From: Eledone cirrhosa
Taxonomy: Eukaryota
Direction: 5' to 3'
Length of the DNA stretch: 64,000 nt
NCBI GenBank assembly: GCA_964016885.1
Contig: OZ024742.1
Span: 82,274,001 to 82,338,000 of the forward strand
Positions 12,966 through 25,978 of this stretch are shown one piece after another (positions within the stretch are counted from its first letter, which is position 1; each line of letters opens with the position of its first letter). A program made the translations under genes and the position numbers. The notes under the pieces were generated by a model. That model saw only the letters and a program-made list of their open reading frames with translations, did no database searches and was not told the DNA's origin.

Positions 12966-13426
12966 GCATACAGGTACACATACATATATGCACGCATCAG
13001 ATTAGCCTACGTTTATTATAACGCCGGCCGCTTTGTTCGTTTGTTTGTCAACAAAGCGAACAGCCTGAATTTATGCCATACGGTGTTAAGGCAACCACGT
13101 CACCTTTTTGTTCAACACTGACACAGGAACGATGTACTAGTTTCAAGCTTGTTAGCTATCATCAGCACCGTTTACCCATCTGCCAGATAGTTGAACGTTC
13201 GAAAGTATATACTTTCCTTATGAAAATTAACGGCTGAGCAGCCTAATTTGCATATTGAGTGAGTTAAATCGGTCAGGCATACCGAAAACGATTAGTTGAA
13301 AAAAAATGAAAACGAAATTTCATTTCTCACTCTTAGTATGGCACTTACTTAAATGTAAGTATGTATGTATACGTACATACATATATGTATACAGACGTAC
13401 AGTAGCATGCACATATATATATATAT

Positions 13427-13484
<58 letters not shown>

Positions 13485-13696
13485 GCATACAGGTACACAT
13501 ACATATATGCACGCATCAGATTAGCCTACGTTTATTATAACGCCGGCCGCTTTGTTCGTTTGTTTGTCAACAAAGCGAACAGCCTGAATTTATGCCATAC
13601 GGTGTTAAGGCAACCACGCAAATTAGGCTGCTCAGCCGTTAATTTTCATAAGGAAAGTATATACTTTCGAACGTTCAACTATCTGGCAGATGGGTA

Positions 13697-13741
13697 AACG
13701 GTGCTGATGATAGCTAACAAGCTTGAAACTAGTACATCGTT
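13697..13741 (+). ncRNA. Minimal type I hammerhead ribozyme (also starting at 14224, 14747, 15246, 15769, 16278)
   Basis: aacggtg-CTGATGA-t agct aaca agct t-GAAA-ctag-TA-catcgtt: 7-bp stem I, 4-bp stem II, palindromic CTAG stem III, GUA site. Confidence 0.93.
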
Positions 13742-13903
13742 CCTGTGTCAGTGTTGAACAAAAAGGTGACGTGGTTGCCTTAACACCGTATGGCATAAAT
13801 TCAGGCTGTTCGCTTTGTTGACAAACAAACGAACAAAGCGGCCGGCGTTATAATAAACGTAGGCTAATCTGATGCGTGCATATATGTATGTGTACCTGTA
13901 TGC

Positions 13904-13969
<66 letters not shown>

Positions 13970-14142
13970 ATATATATATATATGTGCATGCTACTGTACG
14001 TCTGTATACATATATGTATGTACGTATACATACATACTTACATTTAAGTAAGTGCCACACTAAGAGTGAGAAATGAAATTTCGTTTTCATTTTTTTTCAA
14101 CTAATCGTTTTCGGTATGCCTGACCGATTTAACTCACTCAAT

Positions 14143-14195
14143 ATGCAAATTAGGCTGCTCAGCCGTTAATTTTCATAAGGAAAGTATATACTTTC
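14143..14195 (+). promoter_or_regulatory. Octamer ATGCAAAT plus PSE-like motif upstream of the HHR in each B1 unit (candidate internal snRNA-type promoter)
   Basis: atATGCAAATtaggctgcTCAGCCGTTAATTTTcataagGAAAGT. The octamer and aattttcata are conserved in the diverged B2 unit. Function is inferred. Confidence 0.4.
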
Positions 14196-14430
14196 GAACG
14201 TTCAACTATCTGGCAGATGGGTAAACGGTGCTGATGATAGCTAACAAGCTTGAAACTAGTACATCGTTCCTGTGTCAGTGTTGAACAAAAAGGTGACGTG
14301 GTTGCCTTAACACCGTATGGCATAAATTCAGGCTGTTCGCTTTGTTGACAAACAAACGAACAAAGCGGCCGGCGTTATAATAAACGTAGGCTAATCTGAT
14401 GCGTGCATATATGTATGTGTACCTGTATGC

Positions 14431-14492
<62 letters not shown>

Positions 14493-14959
14493 ATATATAT
14501 ATATATGTGCATGCTACTGTACGTCTGTATACATATATGTATGTACGTATACATACATACTTACATTTAAGTAAGTGCCATACTAAGAGTGAGAAATGAA
14601 ATTTCGTTTTCATTTTTTTTCAACTAATCGTTTTCGGTATGCCTGACCGATTTAACTCACTCAATATGCAAATTAGGCTGCTCAGCCGTTAATTTTCATA
14701 AGGAAAGTATATACTTTCGAACGTTCAACTATCTGGCAGATGGGTAAACGGTGCTGATGATAGCTAACAAGCTTGAAACTAGTACATCGTTCCTGTGTCA
14801 GTGTTGAACAAAAAGGTGACGTGGTTGCCTTAACACCGTATGGCATAAATTCAGGCTGTTCGCTTTGTTGACAAACAAACGAACAAAGCGGCCGGCGTTA
14901 TAATAAACGTAGGCTAATCTGATGCGTGCATATATGTATGTGTACCTGTATGCATATGT

Positions 14960-14991
<32 letters not shown>

Positions 14992-15452
14992 ATATATATA
15001 TATATGTGCATGCTACTGTACGTCTGTATACATATATGTATGTACGTATACATACATACTTACATTTAAGTAAGTGCCATACTAAGAGTGAGAAATGAAA
15101 TTTCGTTTTCATTTTTTTTCAACTAATCGTTTTCGGTATGCCTGACCGATTTAACTCACTCAATATGCAAATTAGGCTGCTCAGCCGTTAATTTTCATAA
15201 GGAAAGTATATACTTTCGAACGTTCAACTATCTGGCAGATGGGTAAACGGTGCTGATGATAGCTAACAAGCTTGAAACTAGTACATCGTTCCTGTGTCAG
15301 TGTTGAACAAAAAGGTGACGTGGTTGCCTTAACACCGTATGGCATAAATTCAGGCTGTTCGCTTTGTTGACAAACAAACGAACAAAGCGGCCGGCGTTAT
15401 AATAAACGTAGGCTAATCTGATGCGTGCATATATGTATGTGTACCTGTATGC

Positions 15453-15514
<62 letters not shown>

Positions 15515-15975
15515 ATATATATATATATGTGCATGCTACTGTACGTCTGTATACATATATGTATGTACGTATACATACATACTTACATTTAAGTAAGTGC
15601 CATACTAAGAGTGAGAAATGAAATTTCGTTTTCATTCTTTTTCAACTAATCGTTTTCGGTATGCCTGACCGATTTAACTCACTCAATATGCAAATTAGGC
15701 TGCTCAGCCGTTAATTTTCATAAGGAAAGTATATACTTTCGAACGTTCAACTATCTGGCAGATGGGTAAACGGTGCTGATGATAGCTAACAAGCTTGAAA
15801 CTAGTACATCGTTCCTGTGTCAGTGTTGAACAAAAAGGTGACGTGGTTGCCTTAACACCGTATGGCATAAATTCAGGCTGTTCGCTTTGTTGACAAACAA
15901 ACGAACAAAGCGGCCGGCGTTATAATAAACGTAGGCTAATCTGATGCGTGCATATATGTATGTGTACCTGTATGC

Positions 15976-16023
<48 letters not shown>

Positions 16024-16484
16024 ATATATATATATATGTGCATGCTACTGTACGTCTGTATACATATATGTATGTACGTATACATACATACTTACATTTA
16101 AGTAAGTGCCATACTAAGAGTGAGAAATGAAATTTCGTTTTCATTTTTTTTCAACTAATCGTTTTCGGTATGCCTGACCGATTTAACTCACTCAATATGC
16201 AAATTAGGCTGCTCAGCCGTTAATTTTCATAAGGAAAGTATATACTTTCGAACGTTCAACTATCTGGCAGATGGGTAAACGGTGCTGATGATAGCTAACA
16301 AGCTTGAAACTAGTACATCGTTCCTGTGTCAGTGTTGAACAAAAAGGTGACGTGGTTGCCTTAACACCGTATGGCATAAATTCAGGCTGTTCGCTTTGTT
16401 GACAAACAAACGAACAAAGCGGCCGGCGTTATAATAAACGTAGGCTAATCTGATGCGTGCATATATGTATGTGTACCTGTATGC

Positions 16485-16546
<62 letters not shown>

Positions 16547-16678
16547 ATATATATATATATGTGCATGCTACTGTACGTCTGTATACATATATGTATGTAC
16601 GTATACATACATACTTACATTTAAGTAAGTGCCATACTAAGAGTGAGAAATGAAATTTCGTTTTCATTTTTTTTCAAC

Positions 16679-16757
<79 letters not shown>

Positions 16758-16933
16758 ATACCATTCTTGTGTATATTGATACAACTAGTATACCGTCGGA
16801 CTGTGTCTGCTGAAAGAGTGACATCAAAAACCATGAAGATGTCGTACCACGTTACTTCTGCAAAGAGAAATGATGTCCATTAAAGTTTTACAGGTAAAGA
16901 TTTTTTTTACTTCGTCCGTATACAAGCACCGGT

Positions 16934-17098
<165 letters not shown>

Positions 17099-17942
17099 GA
17101 TCAGTAGCATTAAATAAGGTAGCTAGTTAGTCACACCCGTGCATACATACGTATATATATATATATTTGAAAAAAGGAAAAGAATGACTTCACTTGCAGT
17201 TACGATGTGTTGGGGTATATATCAATCATTTGGATGTGTTTCTGCGAAAGTGTTAATGAGATCTAAAGTACATGTTATCTTTTGATGAAAAATAAAATAA
17301 ATATAAAACATTGTGATAAATCAAGATGATTGATTGAGAGTGGAGTTGGGAGATTTGGCGTGTGAAGGAGAGGTTGTAATAGTCAGATGTACTACATAAA
17401 TGGTATTTGCTGAAGAAAAAAGATAAAAACCAAAATATGAATGAAGTTAATGATTGTTTAACTTTTTTTGAGAGAGCACTATGTTGTTATTGTTGTTGGT
17501 TTAGAAGGGATTGTAAAAATGCCCTCATACAGATCAGACATCCCTAAGTGACCTTTGATGAAAGAATAAGATAAAATATAAAAAACATAGTCAATGAGTG
17601 TTTAATTGTGTGTTGGTGTATATGTACAGAAAATGAATTTGGGTGTATGTCTGTTGAAGTGTTAATGAGGTGAAATATATAGATGTATTTTGCTGAAAAG
17701 AAAATGAAAACAAAAAGAAAAATCAAGATGATTAATTGAAGGTGGTATTAGAAGGTGTAGGGAATGAGAGAGTTATGACGACCAAATTTCCCTAATAACC
17801 TTGTATATTCTAGAGGTTAACTGATATGAATCGACTGCCACTATTTCCATTGATATTTACGTTGGCTTTAATCTCTGCACCCCTCGGTTATGGATTCATA
17901 TCTGAAAGTCTTAGCCAGGTGAGGCTGTTTTGAACCTATCAA

Positions 17943-18122
17943 ATAAATGTTTCTACTTTGGCACAAGGCCAGCAAATACCCACTGCATTACTGGAACATT
18001 ATTTTATTGACCCCGTAAGGATGAAACGCACAGTTAACCTCGGCGGGATTTGATCTCAGAATGGGAAGGGCCGTAACTATACGTCAAAGCATGGCGTCCG
18101 ACCCTCTACCGATTCTGCCAAT
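17943..18122 (-). mobile_element. SINE family 1, near full length
   Basis: Minus-strand A box tggcagaatcgg, B-box-like gagatcaaatc and the shared body. Confidence 0.8.
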
Positions 18123-18505
18123 ACACCCCCTTACAAATGATAATACATCCAACCCACTGTGTGTCTACATTTATTCCTCCTTCATACCTTTTCTACGTCA
18201 TGGAGTCATTGTCGTTTTCTTTTTTTCCATTTTTCTCTTTTGTATATATTTTCTTCTTTTTTTATCTGAGCTAACTTACACCGTTTCTATTTATTTCTTT
18301 TCATTTCCAATGGATACATTCGGATGCTAGAATCTTTTTCTTTCCTGGACCCTATGTCTATTTTTTTTTTCCGTCCCAATATACAATGATGCGTATCAAA
18401 CTTGTTACTCAGAAATTCTGTTGATTTACCGTGGATGAATGGAGAGAACGAGATGTCCGTCTTCCGTTATCTTTCTACTGGTCCTGTGGGTTTGTGGGTG
18501 TATGA

Positions 18506-18705
<200 letters not shown>

Positions 18706-18923
18706 GTGCGTGTGTATGTGTGTGTGTATACGTATGCGCGTATGCCGGCAACTGCTGATTTGCATAAGGCACTAATATTTGTAACACAGTCAACAACATC
18801 TTATCCAAAGGAGTTACATATGCTGGAGTAGTATTTTAAATATTTTACAGCTACTAAATCATTATAAGTTACCAATGGTGGGCTTCAGGTGATTCGTAGA
18901 ATAATATTAGTGCCACCATGCCC

Positions 18924-19041
18924 CTTCTTCTTATTCTTCTTCTTCTTCTTCTTCTTCTTCTTCTTCTTCTTCTTCTTCTTCTTCTTCTTCTTCTTCTTCT
19001 TCTTCTTCTTCTTCTTCGTCTTCTTCTTCTTCTTCTTCTTC
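18924..19041. repeat. (CTT)n microsatellite
   Basis: About 39 triplets, and the source of the poly-L/F/K/R ORFs. Confidence 0.95.
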
Positions 19042-19044
19042 GCC

Positions 19045-20000
19045 CACATGTTCCTGTTAGGAAGCATTTGGTGGATGAGGAAGGCGCGACTAGGTATGCA
19101 GATACTATTGCATCCAAATTCAGAGAAATGTTCAGCGCGGTCGTTTCTGCTTCAGCTGTTAAATGCTGCGGGCGAAAGAGACAGGAAGAACCCTTGGTTC
19201 AATCAGAAGTCAAAGTTTCCATCCGAGCAAAGAAGGCAGCTTACAAATCTTGACTTGGAAATAAATACTCGTTCTTGCGTTACAAGCACATAGGAAGAAG
19301 CGCAGCAGAGACTGTAAAGGCTTCCAAATCTATCACATGGCAGGAATTTGGGGTTAAGCTAGAATCCAACTTCCCTGAATAAAGTTTTGTGGTAAACCAT
19401 CCGCCAACACTGTAATTGTAATTAGAAGCCCTCCTCCTCACCTACTATCCCGAACACGTCTGGAGTTCTCTCTTCAGAGAGGTGCATCCTTGTGAGTTTG
19501 AAAAAATAGTTTGCTGATCTCCTAAACAAGATCAAAACAGCATCAGTTGGGTTACAATAGGTGCAATTTGGAGCGGTGACTAATCTCTCAGAGGTTGAGG
19601 TCACACAAACAGTTAAAGAACACAATTTTGCAAGGTTGGTGGGAAAGATGAAATCTGGCCCAAGATTTTAAAAGCCTTAAATATAGTAGGTATTATCTGG
19701 CTGACTCGTGTTAGCCCGTTCACCTCGATCAATGAAGAGGCACCGAAGCAATGGCAATAGAAATGATAAACCCAGTTTTCAAAAAGAGACAGGGAAGATG
19801 GCTCCACTTACAGAGGGATCTCCTTGTTAAGACTCCCGGGTAAAGTATATGCTTAGTGTATGGCATAGAGATTGTGGATTCCAAGCTAGCTGATGAAGAG
19901 TGCGTTTTTCATCCCAGAATCACACAGCCGACCTAATTTTCACACTGCAGCAGTTCTTTGAGAAATTGTGGGCGTATTGCAGAGGGGCGTATTCTTGTTT
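19045..20000 (+). pseudogene. Decayed RTE-clade LINE fragment (linker plus RT N-terminus)
   Basis: Frameshifted pieces PWFNQ/EVKVSIRAKKAAYK, WQEFGVKLESNF, GKDEI..ILKALN..G..WLTR, YRGISLLRLPGKVYA. Confidence 0.7.
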
Positions 20001-22129
20001 TAATCAGTATATCGTTTGGCAAATATCGCATTTTATTACCACACGGAAATTAAAATCATATATTTTGTTTATATTCAATTTCTGGATTTAACAGAAGTAA
20101 ATATTCTGAAATAGCTTCGAGCCTATCTTCAGCGAATGTAGATGCAATAAACGTCACCGTGCTGTGTTTATCTTAACCAGATACATAATATCAATTTGTG
20201 AACACAGAGTTAAGTATTCTTTCAGTGAGGGTGGAATAGGGAACATCTGAATTAACTGAAATTTCTTCCATCATTGGATTTCTCCTAAACATAGAATGAT
20301 TTGAGGAATACGAAACATAATAGGTAGCATCAACTAATATAATATGCATTTGATTATACATAGTGTAGCAGAAGCGATTGGGTGCTGAACTCAAGAAATA
20401 TTAAATTTGTTCGATTATATTCTGAAATCACACAACAAAAACTCGAATTAATATGACATGTATCATCGGTAAAATTTCTTCAACGTATTCGACTTCCAAA
20501 ATATGTTTGAGTTAGTGTTTATTGAAATAAGAGATATTTCCGTCTTCGATATGTGTGCGTTTTCAACTACACATGACCTTATTCACCAAACTCTGTTCAG
20601 AATTCATATCGTTCCAAGCCCAAGTTTACATTTCATCATGTGGTTGATAATGTAAAACCTACCTCTGTGTTCTCGTATATGGAAACATTTACAGTCTACG
20701 GAGGTTGCAAGTGTACTGAATGGTCATGCGAAAATCACATTTATGTAAAAATTTAAATTGTAACTTTATCTAGACAGGTGGTGCTCATAGTTATGTGTCG
20801 ATCAGAAAACAACACATACATCTTCACTGTCATGCAGACTTTCTGAAAATACTTGCAAAATATATTGCTAGATTTATCTCACCCAAACTCGTTGCGATAA
20901 CTATATGAGGCGAGGTGATATGAGGGACTCTCTTGATAATGCACTCTAATATACATCTAAAATAGAATAGTTGCTGCAATAAATGTCATCTGGCTGAGAA
21001 ATGCGATGGTGAACATTTTTCATTATGGGAATAATGTGATACATCCTTCTGAAATATTGAACATGATATAGATTAAATATATTCATAAATAGCTTTCTTA
21101 TATCAGTATGGATGCCTAAATTATTTCCTCTTTTATGTATAACGCATGAAGTTAAACCTTTTGTTAGTTCCGATCAGGAAATTCCGCAAAGTAAAATAGA
21201 AAAAGTGGTAGAATAGTTTTCCAGGCATAGTAAATCAACGTATGTATTATACAATAGTTTTGTAATATCTTTTAAGCAACTAAGACACGACAGAAACTTT
21301 TTAAAAAGTCGTGGTCGTACAGATTTAATTAGTAGTAAATGTGGGAACCCGAGCGAAAATAAAGTAGTGTATACTTGATTACGAAATAAGCAGTGAGACG
21401 TCCTAAAAGCATAGCCTAAGAGGGTTCTTTTATCTGCATATTGAGTATTGGGGACGAAACCGAAATTATAAATTGCATGGCATTTATTCAAACATGTTAC
21501 CTCATTTGCTGTCTAAATTTTCGCATTCGATTCAATTAAATATCGAGCAATGAATCATAAATTAGGACACTATAATGCGACATTATTTTCAAAAAATTCT
21601 ATCCTATTATAATTTTTATTAGAAATTAAATGTTTCTTTGATTTTGTTTTCATTTTTTTTTGTGATCTGATAATCTTACTTCTGATGTTAATGGAAGTCT
21701 TTCAGGTTCACATTGCGCACTATCATACAAAATCTTAAAATTCAAATGATAAATTCCAGACATGGCAAACATTTCTGAAAGAATGTTTTAAACATTATTA
21801 ATGACAAGTCAGATGAAAACAAAATAAATTATGTTTCGTTGATAACATTGATAAGACGAAAAGTACAACATATGAAACAAACAAACAAATAATCATTTGA
21901 CTAGCTTTGAGATCATCAGATAACGAAATACATTTAAGCGGTTGAGAAAATGCATAAATTTTCTTGGACTGTTTACGAGTAAATTCTCAATTATATATTT
22001 GTATTAAATATGTATATAGTCACACACATGCACACAGACATACAGACATACACACACACATACACACACACACAAACATAGATACTTACATACATCTTAA
22101 ATGTATATACATATTATATATATACATAT

Positions 22130-23699
22130 ATATATTAGATATTGATTTAACAATGATAATAATAACGAAGGTAAGTCATTTTGCATGTTCATTTTATTGT
22201 TTTACGATCGTTTCGGAGCGTTTATCATATTGATATATTGACTGATATATAGCAATTAGAGAACTGTATACTATCAGTCATAATATATAGGTTTAATCAT
22301 ACCGTCTTCTTCGGAAACAATGAAGTTAGAATCTTTATTGGTAGTACATAAACTGGGTAGTTATAAGAATATACTTACCAAACAATTATATATTCCAGAT
22401 TGCCTCTTTGATTGATGAAGATAATGGAAGGAGTGTTCTAGGACCTTGTCCCCACTATCGTTTGAAGAAGAAGAAGAAGAAGAAGAAGAAGAAGAAGAAG
22501 AAGAAGAAGAAGAAGAAGAAGAAGAAGAAGAAGAAGAAGAAGAAGAAGAAGAAGAAGAAGAAGAAGAAGAAGAAGAAGAAAGTTGTGAGTGTCTTTTGCT
22601 AGGAGTGATAATCTTCTGAGAAAAAATGTGCTAATTGAGGGATGTAAAGCATTATAATAATTAAACCAGTTTTTACACGGGTCTTCTAGTTTAGATTTAG
22701 GGGAAAAAACTTGGTTATCTTACAGGTCCATTACATTAATTTGTAAGTTACTGTATTACTAACTTGAGAAAGTAGTATTTAATAAAACCCAATTTACATA
22801 TACAGTAAGAAAAAAAAGATTAATATTTCAAATCCAATGCTGATGTAGGATTAGTATTTCGTAAGTCATATAGAAATAGCAGGTGAATTGTAATACCAAT
22901 ATGGAAAAATATGAGTGATGTAAACATTTCCAAGGCAAATATTATTTCTGGTTAGGTGATATTAATACATGGTTATTTAAGTTATATTTAAATTTTAATA
23001 TTGCTTTTAAATATTCATGAGAGTTAAGATAGAAGTATATGATTTTCATTAAGTCAATTTAGTTAGTTAGATTGTAAGTTATTTTGATTAGTTTAGGAGG
23101 CATAGTATTATTGAAATGAGGAAATACTATAGCCGCTTTGAACGATCCGATTAATGCTGATTTAATTAATTACCAACATTCATTTATTTTATAGTTAAAT
23201 TATTTGGGTAAGAATATATTATTTCTAGATATGTCTCACTTGGTTGAAGAAACTAGTTATGACCATAGTGATTTCAAATATTAGGTAGGTTTATAGTATT
23301 TTGAAGTTTTCAGGATTTTATGATTATATGAAATAAGTAAATCCTGCTATTTATTTAGTAACTTGTCCTTAGATTTCATGATTTGGAACAGTTCCCTTCT
23401 TTCGCCTCGATAAGAATTAGTTCTCTTCAGGACAATCCATTTTAGGTTGTATGCTATATTATTAATTTAAAAATTGTTAATAGTTTCAGATAGCTAATTT
23501 AGTATTTTTATATGAATGGGGATGGGAAAATACTCTTCTTTTAAATGAATTAGAGGTAGCTCCTATGGAGGATTGTGTAGTGTCCTTAGTAATTACTTTA
23601 CATTTATATATTATACTGCTAATTATATCCCTCCCCCTTCTTCTTCTTCTTCTTCTTCTTCTTCTTCTTCTTCTTCTTCTTCTTCTTCTTCTTCTTCTT

Positions 23700-23732
<33 letters not shown>

Positions 23733-23930
23733 CCTCAAATGATAGTGGGGCAAGGTCTTAGAACACTCCTTGCACTATCTTTATCATGACTGATAGTTCT
23801 CCACCTGCTATAGATCAGTCAATATAACTATATGATCAACCCTCCGAGAAGATCGTAAAACAATGAAATGAATATGTAAAATAATTTGCATTCGTCATTA
23901 TTATCATTGTTAAACTAATATCTAATATTT
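22130..23930. mobile_element. Old inverted-arm element with (GAA)n/(CTT)n inside its arms; probable decayed PLE
   Basis: 22135-22200 is inverted at 23860-23928. 22412-22580 (including (GAA)n) is inverted at 23638-23788 (including (CTT)n). The minus arm keeps GAAA-cgatcg-TA. Confidence 0.55.
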
Positions 23931-24075
23931 CAGACTCTGTATCTAAGGAATTGACTTAGCGAAACACGAAACCTATCTCTGGATCTCACTGAATTAGTTG
24001 CTAACGGATTACACTGAGTTGTATCTACGATATAGACCCTACCACGAAAAGTAGACCACATTGAAAATATATATG

Positions 24076-24195
<120 letters not shown>

Positions 24196-24349
24196 CGTGT
24201 GTGTGTGTGTATGTGTGTGTGTGTGTGTGTGTGCGCGTGTGTGTGTGTGTGCGTGTGTGCGTGTGCGTTTGTGTGTGCGTTTGTGTGTGCGTTTGTGTGT
24301 GCGTTTGTGTGTGCGTTTGTGTGTGTGTATCCTGCTGGTAGCTGATTTT

Positions 24350-24620
24350 GTCTTGAGAAGACTGCAGACGCAGCCGCTTGGGGGATGTTATTGACAGGAA
24401 AATCAGGGCTGAAATACCTGGATTTTTCCGATGATATCGCCCTGCTACCTAGGGACAGTACCAACCATGCTCCAGCTAACAATCTCCCGGAAACTGAACG
24501 CAGATTAGATCGGGTTACACCCAAAAGACCAAGGTTATTGAGATGAGAATAGACACTAGCCAGGCGGCTACTGTTAATGTGAATCAACAGGAAATGGACG
24601 AGTTCAATATGCCCGAAAGC
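24350..24620 (+). pseudogene. LINE RT fragment
   Basis: ctgaaatacctggatttttccgatgatatcgccctgcta = LKYLDFSDDIALL (F/YxDD motif). Confidence 0.6.
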
Positions 24621-25644
24621 AAGTGGAAAACAAATCGAACAAAGATGTCCTGGTAGCGGTCATCCCAAAGGGACCTACTTCAACATAACCTCCCACGGAT
24701 GTCAACAAATTGCCGTCGTTAAAAGCGCTGGAGTCTATTGATGATTGTTTGACTTATGTTCCCTATATAACAAGCCGGACTAAGACCTAAGAGTAAATGT
24801 CTGTATAGCATAAATATGGATTCATATCGCTACGATGTTTCCGTGAACCAGTTCTCAAGGTCCAATTACGGCGACCATTGTGTAGTAGAAGAGACTATTT
24901 AAAATTGGCCGCTCATCGGATGCTCAGACAAAAATATGAAAAGAAACCCCATATATCCGACGCTATTTAGTTTGAAATCTTGGTGAGACACATTTCAGGA
25001 ATAAGAAACTTCTGGAGTTTTTGATCTCATAACTTTAACATATATAGGTGTTTAAAATTCGTGAATTTATAAGGATGTTTGTGTTTCTGTGTGTGCTTTT
25101 GGATTTACAATCAAGGGACAAATTTGGAATAGTATATCTTGTTGAATTTATTCAGTTCCTTGTTGATAATTCCTCTGACATTCTAGAGGTGCATAGTGTT
25201 ATTTGTTTCCTTTCTATGCATATGTATAACATAGATTTCTACTCTCCACTTTTTTTCACGAAATCAGTAATATGCATAAATGTGTGTTTATTGATTTCAT
25301 TTCGAATCGTAAGCTTCCTAATATTTAGTGATAGTAGTATCCGTATTCCTGCTTCGCAAATTCTTTTAGTATGTATCTAATCATTTTTGTTTCTTCTCTT
25401 TGAAATCTAAACATTAGGCTGACGAGAAAAATCTAACAGTATAATAGCTTCTTAATATTCTAGATGCGATTGTAATGAATAGTTTAGACATTAGATGAAA
25501 GCGTATAAAGAATTCAAATTGACAAATTGCTATGGTTGTTTTTTTTTATTTCTCTAAATGTAATGGTTTCGCAACTGAGTTTACTTAGCTATGTGTTAAT
25601 ACAAATAAGAAAAAATAATCATTTTATTTCCCCACATGTAATCG

Positions 25645-25789
<145 letters not shown>

Positions 25790-25824
25790 GCATATATAAC
25801 TATATAACTATATATATGTATAAC

Positions 25825-25901
<77 letters not shown>

Positions 25902-25939
25902 GCATATATAACTATATAACTATATAACTATATATATAC

Positions 25940-25978
<39 letters not shown>

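Larger units (their letters stand above)
11782..16680. mobile_element. Retrozyme-like array B1: about 500-530-bp hammerhead-containing unit, about 3.5 copies then about 6 inverted copies, inside (TA)n
   Basis: Unit marker atgaaaacgaaattt at 12256, 12785, 13306 (+) and 14090, 14613, 15112, 15635, 16144, 16667 (-). Strand switch at 13618 (caaccacg|caaattagg). Units differ almost only in an internal (TA)n length. Confidence 0.92.

Noticed and set aside
12256-16667. Repeated ORFs [12 protein letters not shown]... as a tandem peptide gene family
   Set aside because: They run through (TA)n, change frame with tract length and lie antisense to the ribozyme strand.
24825-24925. Minus-strand CCGATGA...GAAA-catcg-TA hammerhead candidate
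   Set aside because: Mutated core, very long spacer and no good stem I.
25040-25500. Very decayed GIY-YIG/PLE remnants (also about 57900-58100)
   Set aside because: Only faint motif resemblance, too degenerate to support without a search.
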